A stretch of 64,000 bases of DNA from Candidatus Marinacidobacterales bacterium (GTDB lineage Bacteria > Acidobacteriota > Vicinamibacteria > Marinacidobacterales > SMYC01): assembly GCA_965237955.1 (NCBI GenBank), contig OZ250169.1:1792001-1856000 (forward strand), in the 5' to 3' direction. A program made the position numbers and the translations under genes. Below the pieces are notes generated by a model that saw nothing but the letters and a program-made list of their open reading frames with translations, was not told where the DNA came from and ran no database searches. Positions 38,796 through 48,471 of the stretch are shown piece after piece. How positions within the stretch are numbered: the stretch's first letter is position 1; every line of letters starts with the position of its first letter.

Positions 38796-39749
38796 CTAAA
38801 CTCGCGCTTCCCGAGCGTCCGGTTTGTCGCGATCTCTCACGGGGCGGTCACGGAGCCCGCGCCACCACAACACGATCGGTGAGGCGATGGCGATCGACGA
38901 ATAGGTGCCGATGATCACCCCCGCGACGAGCACGAAAGAAAAGGCTCTCAGGACGGCGCCGCCCATGACGTACAACGCGACGACCACGAACAGCGTGAGC
39001 CCCGAGGTGAGGACGGTACGCCGGAGCGTCTGGTTGATCGAGAGGTTCATGATGTCTCGAAGCGATTTTTTCCGGACGAGCTTCCGGTTCTCGCGCACGC
39101 GGTCGAAAATCACGATGGTGTCGTTGACCGAGTAGCCGACGAGAGTCAAGAACGCGGCGATCAAGTACAACGTAATCTCGAGGTTGAAGATCGATACCAG
39201 CGCGAGCGTGAGCACCACGTCGTGGATGACCGCGAGGGTAGCGCCCACTCCGTACACGAGCTCGAAGCGGAAACCGATGTAGCCGAGCATCGCCACGAGC
39301 GCGAACAGCGTCGCGTTTCTCGCTTGGCGGCGCAGCTCGGCACCGACGACGGGGCCGACGATCTCCGTGCTCGCGTCCGCCAGGGCGTTTCCAGAAATAT
39401 CCTCTCTGAGGGTTCGGAGAATGGTGTTGGCACTGGCATCGAGCTCGCCTTCGTTTCCCTCCGCACGCTCGACCCGGATCATGACCATGTTGAGCTCGTC
39501 ACGGTCGTAGCGCTGGATCACCGCATTGCCGAGGCCGGCTCCTCGCAGTTGCTGGCGGATGACGTCTACTTCCGGCGTGGCTTCGAACTTCGCGTAAACA
39601 ATGGTGCCTTCGGAGAAATCGATGCCGTAGCGTAGCCCGCCCTTTCGGGCGATGTCGAGGGCACCGATGAGGGCCACGATGACGGAGATGGTGATGAAGT
39701 GCCAGCGGTACTTCAGCCAGTCGATTTTGGTATCGCCAATGAAATCCAT
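38796..39749 (-). CDS. secF: Protein translocase subunit SecF
   Basis: GIDFSEG, VGPVVG.EL, GYSVNDTIVIFDRVRE and GTYSS motifs. Confidence 0.96.
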   Translation of the reverse strand: MDFIGDTKIDWLKYRWHFITISVIVALIGALDIARKGGLRYGIDFSEGTIVYAKFEATPEVDVIRQQLRGAGLGNAVIQRYDRDELNMVMIRVERAEGNEGELDASANTILRTLREDISGNALADASTEIVGPVVGAELRRQARNATLFALVAMLGYIGFRFELVYGVGATLAVIHDVVLTLALVSIFNLEITLYLIAAFLTLVGYSVNDTIVIFDRVRENRKLVRKKSLRDIMNLSINQTLRRTVLTSGLTLFVVVALYVMGGAVLRAFSFVLVAGVIIGTYSSIAIASPIVLWWRGLRDRPVRDRDKPDAREARV

Positions 39750-39761
39750 GTTGGTCGCGTC

Positions 39762-41291
39762 CTAAATACTGAGGGCTTCGACCTGGCGGCGCCCGCCGAG
39801 TACGAGATCGAAGATGAACCGTGAAACGAAAATAGCGGTGAACATGTTCGCGATGAGCCCGATGCTCAACGTTACCGCGAATCCTTGGATGGGTCCGGTG
39901 CCGAATTGAAAGAGAATGGCGGCGGCAACGAGGCTGGTAACGTTCGCGTCGACGATGGTCCAAAACGCCTTGCCGAAGCCGGCGGAGATCGCGGTGCGCG
40001 GTGTTTTTCCAGCGCGCATCTCTTCCTTGATGCGCTCGAAGATGAGAACGTTGGCGTCCACGCCCATGCCGATCGTGAGAATGACGCCGGCGATGCCCGG
40101 GAGCGTGAGCGTGGCAGCGAAGTACGCGAGCGCGCCCACGAGGATCAGCAAGTTGAGCATGAGTGCTACCACCGCGTTGACGCCCGCCAACCGGTAATAC
40201 AGAAGGATGAAGAGCACGACCGATGCGAAACCCAAGGCGGATGCGGTGATCCCGCTACGAATCGAATCCGCGCCGAGGCTGGGCCCGACCGTTCGTTCTT
40301 CCTGGTACTCGAGCGAAGCAGGAAGCGCGCCCGATCGCAGTTTCAGAGCGAGGTCGTACGCTTCCTGGGACGTGAAGCTCCCGGTGATTTGTCCTTGATC
40401 GTAGATCACGCCCTGTATTACCGGCGCTGAGATGACGATACCGTCCAAGATGATGGCGAGCCGCTCGCCGAGGTTCTCGCGGGTGGCGGTCCGAAACTTG
40501 TTGGCTGACTCTGCTTTCAGCGTGAAGCTGATGTCCGGTTGGTTGGTTTGCGGATCGACTCCGGGGCGGGCGTTTTTCAGATCGCGACCGGTGATCACGG
40601 GGATGCGATCCAACAGGAAGTATTCAATGTTGCCGCCCGCGTCCGGCTCGCCGGGCAGTATCTCGGTGCCCGGCAGGGCCTGCGGTTCGGATGGCCCCGA
40701 GCTTCGGACGATACGGAGCTCGAGCTTCGCGGTCGATTTGATGACTTCTTTGGCGCGGGCGACGTCCTCGAAGCCAGGAAGCTGCACGAGAATCTGGCTG
40801 CTTCGGTCTCCGTGGGGAGCGATGACTGGCTCGGCGACGCCGAGAGCGTCGACGCGTCGCCGGATCGTCTGGATGGCCTGGGTGACGGTTTCTTCTTGCA
40901 GGATGCCGACGTCGGACGGACGCATCTCGAGCTCCCAGCCGCCACCTGCGAGGCTTCGGACGTCCCACGCCGGGAAACTCTGGTCCATGATGAGCCGGAA
41001 CGCGGCATCTTCATTGGTGTCCAGTCCCTCGAGGGCGAGCTTGCCGGGCTCGACGTCGTAGATGTTCGCGAACGCGATGCTCTGATCGTCGAGGATCTCG
41101 GAAAGGCCGTCCGCCACCTCACGGGTCACGGCGACGAGAGCATCCTCGGTGTTCACCTTCATGATGAGATGGATGCCGCCTTTGAGATCCAGGCCGAGCT
41201 TGATTTTCTCCTCGGGTGGGTAGAATGCCCAGGTGGACCCGACCACAACGGCAAGGATCAATAGGGCCTTCCAACGCAGATTCTTCTTCAT
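39762..41291 (-). CDS. secD: Protein translocase subunit SecD
   Basis: LGLDLKGG, LGVAEP, VGPSLG and IGMGVDANVLIFERIKEE motifs. Confidence 0.97.
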   Translation of the reverse strand: MKKNLRWKALLILAVVVGSTWAFYPPEEKIKLGLDLKGGIHLIMKVNTEDALVAVTREVADGLSEILDDQSIAFANIYDVEPGKLALEGLDTNEDAAFRLIMDQSFPAWDVRSLAGGGWELEMRPSDVGILQEETVTQAIQTIRRRVDALGVAEPVIAPHGDRSSQILVQLPGFEDVARAKEVIKSTAKLELRIVRSSGPSEPQALPGTEILPGEPDAGGNIEYFLLDRIPVITGRDLKNARPGVDPQTNQPDISFTLKAESANKFRTATRENLGERLAIILDGIVISAPVIQGVIYDQGQITGSFTSQEAYDLALKLRSGALPASLEYQEERTVGPSLGADSIRSGITASALGFASVVLFILLYYRLAGVNAVVALMLNLLILVGALAYFAATLTLPGIAGVILTIGMGVDANVLIFERIKEEMRAGKTPRTAISAGFGKAFWTIVDANVTSLVAAAILFQFGTGPIQGFAVTLSIGLIANMFTAIFVSRFIFDLVLGGRRQVEALSI

Positions 41292-41343
41292 GGGGTCTCG
41301 ACTCCAACGGCCTCCCCGTCATCGAGGGCCGGCGTATGTGAAT

Positions 41344-41658
41344 TCAGGAGCGCTTGGACGGCTCCTCGACGCGCTGGGCGACGGCTGACTTGGCGAACTG
41401 GATCTTGACGCTGTCGGCAACGCGCACCTGGATCTGATCGTCCGAAACGCCCACGACGGTTCCGTAGATACCTCCGCTCGTCAGGACGCGATCGCCGTTT
41501 TTGAGCTGGTCTCGCATGGTCTCCGTGTCCTGTTGAGACTTGCGTGCGGGCCGAATGACGATGAAGTAGAAGACCACGCAGATGATGAGGATCAGGTAGA
41601 GCGGGTTGCCGAAAGGCGAAAGCGAGCTCTGCCAAGGAGCGAACCAAGCGGTGAACAT
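41344..41658 (-). CDS. yajC: Preprotein translocase subunit YajC
   Basis: FYFIVIRP and LKNGDRVLTSGGIYG motifs; tgt-yajC-secDF synteny. Confidence 0.93.
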   Translation of the reverse strand: MFTAWFAPWQSSLSPFGNPLYLILIICVVFYFIVIRPARKSQQDTETMRDQLKNGDRVLTSGGIYGTVVGVSDDQIQVRVADSVKIQFAKSAVAQRVEEPSKRS

Positions 41659-41690
41659 CTTAGTAATGATAGTGCAGCGGTTTTCGGGCT

Positions 41691-42833
<1,143 letters not shown>

Positions 42834-42954
42834 CTAAAAAAACAGGATATGGCCAGGACCCGCTGTTGATACGGGTTTTCGTGCACTTTCCGCTGCCGCT
42901 CCTGCTAACGCGTTCAATACAAAGCATCAAGTTCTCGAGCCACCGACAAAAGGG

Positions 42955-43026
42955 TTGACAGGCCCCTCAGCCCTTCCTTATCCTACATCTAGTATGTCAA
43001 GCCTGGACTCAGACAACTGCTAGTTG
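42955..43026 (+). promoter_or_regulatory. sigma70-like promoter overlapped by tandem NrdR-like boxes
   Basis: TTGACA(42955)-N18-TATCCT(42979). Box 1 ATCCTACATCTAGTAT (42980-42995) and box 2 AGACAACTGCTAGTTG (43011-43026) start 31 bp apart. Confidence 0.6.
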
Positions 43027-43202
43027 TTACTGCTCTTCGAGCGGATGGCGCCCCTTGGTGCTTCTGTCCGAAGAACGGTGGTTTGGGTTTTCCGGCATGC
43101 GAGCGGAAGACCGAGATGTCATTAAGAAATTTTGAACTTTCAAAATGCAGTGACTCCCTCGGGCACCTCTGCTCTATCCCCTAAGGAGAGGAGGCGATAA
43201 GC

Positions 43203-43271
43203 ATGGCAAAAAAGAGAAAGAAAGCTACCAAGAAGAAAGCGGCCAAGAAAAAGGCTGCAAAAAAGAAATAG
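43203..43271 (+). CDS. 22-aa Lys/Ala-rich histone-H1-like micropeptide MAKKRKKATKKKAAKKKAAKKK
   Basis: AAGGAGAGGAGG RBS, ATG...TAG, with its own promoter and terminator. Confidence 0.8.
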   Translation: MAKKRKKATKKKAAKKKAAKKK

Positions 43272-43296
43272 CGACTTCCTCAGGGGTATCGAGAGC

Positions 43297-43325
43297 GGGG
43301 GTGAGAGCTTCACCCCCTTTTTTTT
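43297..43325 (+). terminator. Intrinsic terminator
   Basis: GGGGGTGA-GAGCT-TCACCCCC followed by T8. Confidence 0.9.
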
Positions 43326-43369
43326 CTCAGCTACCAGTCAAAAGCGGCCAGCTTCCAGCTGGCCGCAAA

Positions 43370-44200
43370 TCAATCCTTTAGCACGTAGCGGTGGATTGCG
43401 TCGGCAACTCCGGCGTCGTCGTTGCTTCTTGTTTCGGCGAAGCCTTTGTTTTGCAATTCTTCGACGGCGTTGGCCATCACCACGCCTAGACCTGCCGCCT
43501 CCAGCATGTCTAGGTCGTTCCAGTTGTCGCCCATGGCGAGGGTTTCGCTCATCGGGGCTCCGACATGCGTGCTCAAGAACTTCAAGGCCGATGATTTGTT
43601 GGCGTCGGCCGCTAAAACGTCGAGTAGGGCGAGATCCTCTTTGGGATACTCGGTTTTGATGATGCTCACGCTTGCGCCGGAGAGCGCGCTCGTCAGATGT
43701 TCGGCGAATTCGCGGATCTCGGTTAGTCCGGCGGCGAAGCCGATTTGTACGGGATCACGCTCGAGCACGAGGGACGGAACCCAGTTCGGAGGCGGGATCG
43801 TTTGATTCAAGTACCGTCCGACGTGGGGAAGCAGCTTGGCGTCTTCGCGAAGAATCAAGCGTCCTTCCCCGTTGGGACCGTCGTGCACGACGGGCTCGAT
43901 CCCGGCTTCGGTGGCAATGTCGAGAACCGCTTCCGCGACGTCGCGCGGCAAGAGGCAAACTCTCAGGAGCCGCCCGGCGACGCCGTTTTTGATAATGGCC
44001 CCGCTGTTCGCGACGACGAACGGATCGATCGGAAGCTTGGCGACATAGGGACGAGCTGACGGGAAGCGGCGGCCGGTGACGATCGCCACCGCCACGCCGG
44101 CATCGACGCACGCGCCAAGAGCTTGTCTGTTTTCTTCCGCGATGTCGCGCGTCGAGCTGAGTAGAGTGCCGTCGAGATCGACGGCGACGAGCCGGAACAC
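43370..44200 (-). CDS. Cof-type HAD-IIB hydrolase
   Basis: DLDGTLL, VTGR, K, and GDNWNDLDML motifs. Confidence 0.93.
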   Translation of the reverse strand: MFRLVAVDLDGTLLSSTRDIAEENRQALGACVDAGVAVAIVTGRRFPSARPYVAKLPIDPFVVANSGAIIKNGVAGRLLRVCLLPRDVAEAVLDIATEAGIEPVVHDGPNGEGRLILREDAKLLPHVGRYLNQTIPPPNWVPSLVLERDPVQIGFAAGLTEIREFAEHLTSALSGASVSIIKTEYPKEDLALLDVLAADANKSSALKFLSTHVGAPMSETLAMGDNWNDLDMLEAAGLGVVMANAVEELQNKGFAETRSNDDAGVADAIHRYVLKD

Positions 44201-44202
44201 TT

Positions 44203-46254
44203 CTAGGGCTCACGGTAGGGAGACGTGAAACCGTCCCAGATCGTGACGTCGACGATGGGGTCGCCGGGCTCGAGTCGGTCGACGATCTCCATCCCCGAGG
44301 TCACTTGCCCGAAAACGGTGTTGCGACCGTCGAGATCGGGTCGCGGCAAGTGGGTGATGAAGAACCGGCTTCCGCCCGTGTCCTTCCCGTGGTTCGCCAT
44401 CGCGACCGTGCCTCGCAGGATGGGGCGCCTGTTGATCTCGGAGCGAATCACATAACCAGGCCCGCCGTTGCCGTCACCTCTCGGGTCTCCTGCCTGAATG
44501 TATCCGTTGGGAACGACGTCGTGAACCGAGAGCCCGTTGTAAAAGCCGTCGCGGGCGAGCCGTACGAAGTTCCGCACCGTCATCGGCGCATCGAGCACGA
44601 AGAGCTCGAGCTCTATGACCCCAAGCTCGGTGCGAATGAAGGCCTGCGGTGAATAGCGAGGGCTAACGTAAGGTCGGTAGGTGTCGAGGCTCAATTCGCT
44701 GGGTCGAGCGCGAATCGCCGCGTTGGCGTCGCCGGCCTGCCTGGAGATCGCTGCCGCCTGGCGTCGGACGAGATAGCTCGTGTCATCGATCGCTCTGCGC
44801 GCGCTTTCAAGTCCTGACTCTGGCTCGAGCGCCGCGAACACCGCGAGAAGCCCCGCTTTGACACGCGGCTCGTCCTCGTCCGCGACGAGAAAAGCCTCGT
44901 GGACCGGCGCGGCGGCTTCGGACGCCCCGATGCTCCCGAGCGCCACCGCGGCCGCAAGTTTCTCAAACGGATCGTCCGCGGACAGATGCTGTATGAGCAC
45001 GGTCACCGCACCTTCCGGGTCGCGTCGTGCCAAAGCGGTGAGCCCGTGCGAGCGAACGCGCGCGTCCGGCTCGAGAGAGGCATCGACCATGGTGCGCAAT
45101 AGCTCCACCGCTCTTTCGCCGGTCATGCGCCCGAGTAGATCCGCGAGTGCGGCTCGCACCTCCCAGTCTAGGTCCGCGCCCACGCCCGCGAGCAATAGCC
45201 AGAAGCCCGCCGGGTCTTGTCGCGCCAACGCCGGCAAGACGAGTGCGCGTAGCCAACGGCTTTCGCTCCCCAGCCGATCCAAGAGCGGCTCGATAGCAGC
45301 CGGCGCCGACAGGGTCGTCAGCGCCTTGAGAACCACCGCTTGAACGTAGCGCGTGTCCCTTTCCAGCAACGTCAGAAGAGCCGGCACGACTTCCGGGAGT
45401 CCAATCGATGTCGCCGCACGCACCGCGGCAATGCGAACCCGCTCGTTGGGATCGGACAACATCACCCGGATGGGATCACGTGCGGTCGCGCTCGCCACCG
45501 TGCGAAGCCCGCGAGCGCTCCACAACCGAAACTCTGGATTCCTCTCGCCGGCGTAGTACGCCAGAAGCGGCGCGCGCTGATCGCCTTCGAGCTCGCTCAG
45601 CGCCCACGCGGCGGGCCACCAGACGAAGCGCGGTGTCCCGCCTTCGGTCGCGAGAATGTCCCAGCTCCAACGCAGACTTTCGAGGCGAGCCAAAGCAAGG
45701 ATTGCGAGCCTCAAGTCGTGGTGAGGATGGCGAAGCGCTGACACGTCCATGTCGTCGGCCCACTCGTAAGGCTCGGCTCCGCGCGGGACCGAGCTCGAGA
45801 TCGCCGTCGCGATCGTCTCGGCAGCGGCATCCCTTCCCTTCTTGCCGATCGTCTCGTACGCCCGCGCACGGACGGACGGGTCGTCGTCACGCGTCGCTTC
45901 CGTCAACCGGCGGAGGGCGTCCTCGGGAAGCTCCTCCTCCAACAAGCCGAGCGAGAAAGCTGCTGTCGCGCGTACGTAGGCTGTACCGTCATCGAGCAGA
46001 GGAGCGATCGCCGCCGCGGCGCCGGGCTCACCGATGCGGGCCAGCACCAGGGCGGCCCGCGCCCGGACTCGCCCGGCCTGGTCGCTCAGGTGCGCGTGCA
46101 CCTCGCCGTCCCCGAGGGAGCGTTCGTCCTCGAGCTTGAGCAAGCGAGCGAGCTTGTCTTCGAGTGTGGGCTCGACCGGGTTCGGTGTCGATGCGCAGCC
46201 GACGGTGAATAAGGCCAAAAAAAACGCGCCCGTAAGGCGCTGACGCTGTTTCAT
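44203..46254 (-). CDS. HEAT-repeat lipoprotein with a C-terminal cyclophilin-like domain
   Basis: Lipobox TVGC, HEAT repeats, AP.TV.NF..LA..GFY and GDP.GDG.GGPGY. Confidence 0.88.
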   Translation of the reverse strand: MKQRQRLTGAFFLALFTVGCASTPNPVEPTLEDKLARLLKLEDERSLGDGEVHAHLSDQAGRVRARAALVLARIGEPGAAAAIAPLLDDGTAYVRATAAFSLGLLEEELPEDALRRLTEATRDDDPSVRARAYETIGKKGRDAAAETIATAISSSVPRGAEPYEWADDMDVSALRHPHHDLRLAILALARLESLRWSWDILATEGGTPRFVWWPAAWALSELEGDQRAPLLAYYAGERNPEFRLWSARGLRTVASATARDPIRVMLSDPNERVRIAAVRAATSIGLPEVVPALLTLLERDTRYVQAVVLKALTTLSAPAAIEPLLDRLGSESRWLRALVLPALARQDPAGFWLLLAGVGADLDWEVRAALADLLGRMTGERAVELLRTMVDASLEPDARVRSHGLTALARRDPEGAVTVLIQHLSADDPFEKLAAAVALGSIGASEAAAPVHEAFLVADEDEPRVKAGLLAVFAALEPESGLESARRAIDDTSYLVRRQAAAISRQAGDANAAIRARPSELSLDTYRPYVSPRYSPQAFIRTELGVIELELFVLDAPMTVRNFVRLARDGFYNGLSVHDVVPNGYIQAGDPRGDGNGGPGYVIRSEINRRPILRGTVAMANHGKDTGGSRFFITHLPRPDLDGRNTVFGQVTSGMEIVDRLEPGDPIVDVTIWDGFTSPYREP

Positions 46255-46330
46255 GAGGCGCAATTATAGCCCGGAGCCGAGCAAGTCGACCCGTTCCCCT
46301 GCCCTTGCCTCTGCCCCTGCCCGTCCCCGT

Positions 46331-47417
46331 TGCCTTGGTGCACAACTCGCGATCTCGGTCCACAATTGTCCTTTACTCACGGATTCGAGGTTCCCCATGA
46401 GCATTTTCAAACGCACTCAGCGGAAGTATGTGAAGAAGGCCTATCGCGTGAGGAATTGGCGTGAATATGAGGCGGGTCTACGCAACCGTGGGAGCCTGAC
46501 CGTCTGGATCTCGCTCACCGCCGGCAAGCTTGTGAACTGGGACGCGCCCCGGCCGAGGAGGAGGAAACCGGGCCGTCAACGCAAGTACTCGAACCACGCC
46601 ATCGAGACGGCTGTCACCCTGGGCATGGTGTTTCATCTGTCATCTAGGCAGAGCGAGGGATTGCTGCGATCGTTGTTCGCTCTGATGAAGCTAGACAATG
46701 ATGTGCCCGATCACACCACGATTTCGAGGCGCAAGGCGAAGCTGGGTAAGGTCCCCTTCTACCAAGACAAGCAGAAGACGCCGTTGCACATCTTGATCGA
46801 CAGCAGCGGTCTCGCTGCCCACGCCGGCCAGCTGCGCAGAGCACCAAAGAGCAGGGACTATCGCAAGCTCCATCTGTGTGTCGACGAGCAGAGTGGCGAA
46901 GTCGTCGCCGGCGAGCTGACGAGCAAAAGAGCCCGCGATTCATCGCGGGTTGCATCGCTTGTCGGACAGATCGACAGTCCCATCTCATCGGCCAGAGCTG
47001 ACACCGCATACGACGCCAGCGGCGTCTATGAGGCGATCGAGAATCACAGCGCTCATCGCTCGCCGAGGGTGCTGATACCGCCGCGCAAGGGCGCCCAGCT
47101 CGCATCGGGGCCGGCGAGCAGCCGACAGCGCAATCGCAACATTGCAGCACAAGCTCGGCTCGGCAAACGAAAGTGGCACACAGAATCGGGCTACAGCAAA
47201 CGGAGCAAAGTCGAGACAACGTTCCATCGCTACAAGGCTATCGTGGGCTCAGCGATGCGAGCGAGAGGGTTGGCGGCACAGAGAGTCGAGGCAAGGATCG
47301 GGTGCAAGATTCTCAACACCATGACGGCGCTCGGGATGCCTGATAGCGAGATGATCGGATGATGGGAGTCGGGGCCAAGCGAGCTCTCGGCCTCTATCGG
47401 AGTTGTGCACCAAGGCA
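46331..47417 (+). mobile_element. IS5-family (IS903-type) insertion sequence
   Basis: Perfect 18-bp IRs TGCCTTGGTGCACAACTC (46331-46348 and 47400-47417); no target duplication visible. Confidence 0.9.
46397..47362 (+). CDS. IS5-family transposase
   Basis: NW.EY..GL..RGSLTVW, PDHTTISRR, IDSSG, RKLHL, D.AYD and Y..RS.VET...RYK motifs. Confidence 0.94.
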   Translation: MSIFKRTQRKYVKKAYRVRNWREYEAGLRNRGSLTVWISLTAGKLVNWDAPRPRRRKPGRQRKYSNHAIETAVTLGMVFHLSSRQSEGLLRSLFALMKLDNDVPDHTTISRRKAKLGKVPFYQDKQKTPLHILIDSSGLAAHAGQLRRAPKSRDYRKLHLCVDEQSGEVVAGELTSKRARDSSRVASLVGQIDSPISSARADTAYDASGVYEAIENHSAHRSPRVLIPPRKGAQLASGPASSRQRNRNIAAQARLGKRKWHTESGYSKRSKVETTFHRYKAIVGSAMRARGLAAQRVEARIGCKILNTMTALGMPDSEMIG

Positions 47418-47683
47418 GCATAAAGGCCTCCGCTGAGCTCGAAGCACTCCCGAGCGCAGAAAAGAAAGGATGTATGGTTCCCCGAGCTCACAACCGTCCC
47501 AGTCATTCTGGCGCGGGCTGTTCGATAATAGTGACATCTGCTTCAGCCAGAAGGCTCGAACAGCGATCTGGCCGTTGGGGAGAACCGGAGGGTTCCCGAT
47601 CCCGCACCCGGGCGCGTCGCTCCCGCGCTTGAGTTATCCCTGCAGGCGCCGTTACAATCGCGTGTCAGGGAGGACTTATCGCG

Positions 47684-47995
47684 ATGGGAACCTTTCACAA
47701 GGTCGCAGAGACAAAGAACCTTGCCCCCGGGCAGGGTATGGCCGTCGAGGTCGCCGGAAACAAGATCGCTCTTTTCAACGTAGATGGGACCTGCTACGCG
47801 ATCGCGGACACCTGCACGCACCGTGGAGGCCCTCTGTCCGAGGGATCACTCGAGGGCAGCACGGTGACCTGTCCGTGGCACGGAGCCAACTTCGATGTCT
47901 GCACTGGCAAGAACCTGACGCCACCCGCGCCAGCGGAAGTGACATCCTACAACGTGCGAGTCGAAGGGGACGACGTCGAAGTCGAGATATCGTAG
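47684..47995 (+). CDS. Rieske-type ferredoxin
   Basis: CTH...CPWHG motif. Confidence 0.92.
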   Translation: MGTFHKVAETKNLAPGQGMAVEVAGNKIALFNVDGTCYAIADTCTHRGGPLSEGSLEGSTVTCPWHGANFDVCTGKNLTPPAPAEVTSYNVRVEGDDVEVEIS

Positions 47996-48001
47996 GAATT
48001 C

Positions 48002-48346
48002 ATGGGTACGTTGATTCAGGAAAAGTGCGTCGCCTGCCGACGCGACGCGCCAAGGCTCAACGACTCAGAGATCGCGCACCTGAAGCCCGAAACCCCGGAG
48101 TGGCAGGTCCTGTCTGAGGAGAACATCCCGCGCCTCAACCGCGTCTTCAGCTTCAAGAACTTTGCCGAAGCGCTGGCGTTTACGCAGAAGGTCGCCGAGC
48201 TGGCTGAAAGCGAGGGTCACCATCCAGCGATCCTCACCGAGTGGGGTCGCGTCACGGTCTCTTGGTGGACCCACAAGATACAAGGCCTACACCGCAACGA
48301 TTTCATCATGGCCGCCAAGACCGACGCCTTTTACGGCATGCACTGA
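48002..48346 (+). CDS. phhB: Pterin-4a-carbinolamine dehydratase
   Basis: AE.EGHHP and [18 protein letters not shown] motifs. Confidence 0.94.
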   Translation: MGTLIQEKCVACRRDAPRLNDSEIAHLKPETPEWQVLSEENIPRLNRVFSFKNFAEALAFTQKVAELAESEGHHPAILTEWGRVTVSWWTHKIQGLHRNDFIMAAKTDAFYGMH

Positions 48347-48471
48347 TGACCGGCGACGCGTGCTGTCCTCACCGAGGGGAGGATTCCAGGCGAGCGACTA
48401 CCCTCAAGGATGAGTGGAAAAGCGTCGCTCAGGAACTCGCTGCCGAAGCGACCTTGAGAGTCCGAGCCTAA

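Noticed and set aside
47418-47506. Possible YHS/TRASH-like fragment (FLFCARECF) truncated by IS5
   Set aside because: Too short, with no RBS or upstream Cys motif; may be chance.
48346-48471. 41-aa ORF after phhB (TGATG overlap)
   Set aside because: No recognisable motif, and its stop coincides with the ISAzo13 target TAA; not supportable as a gene.
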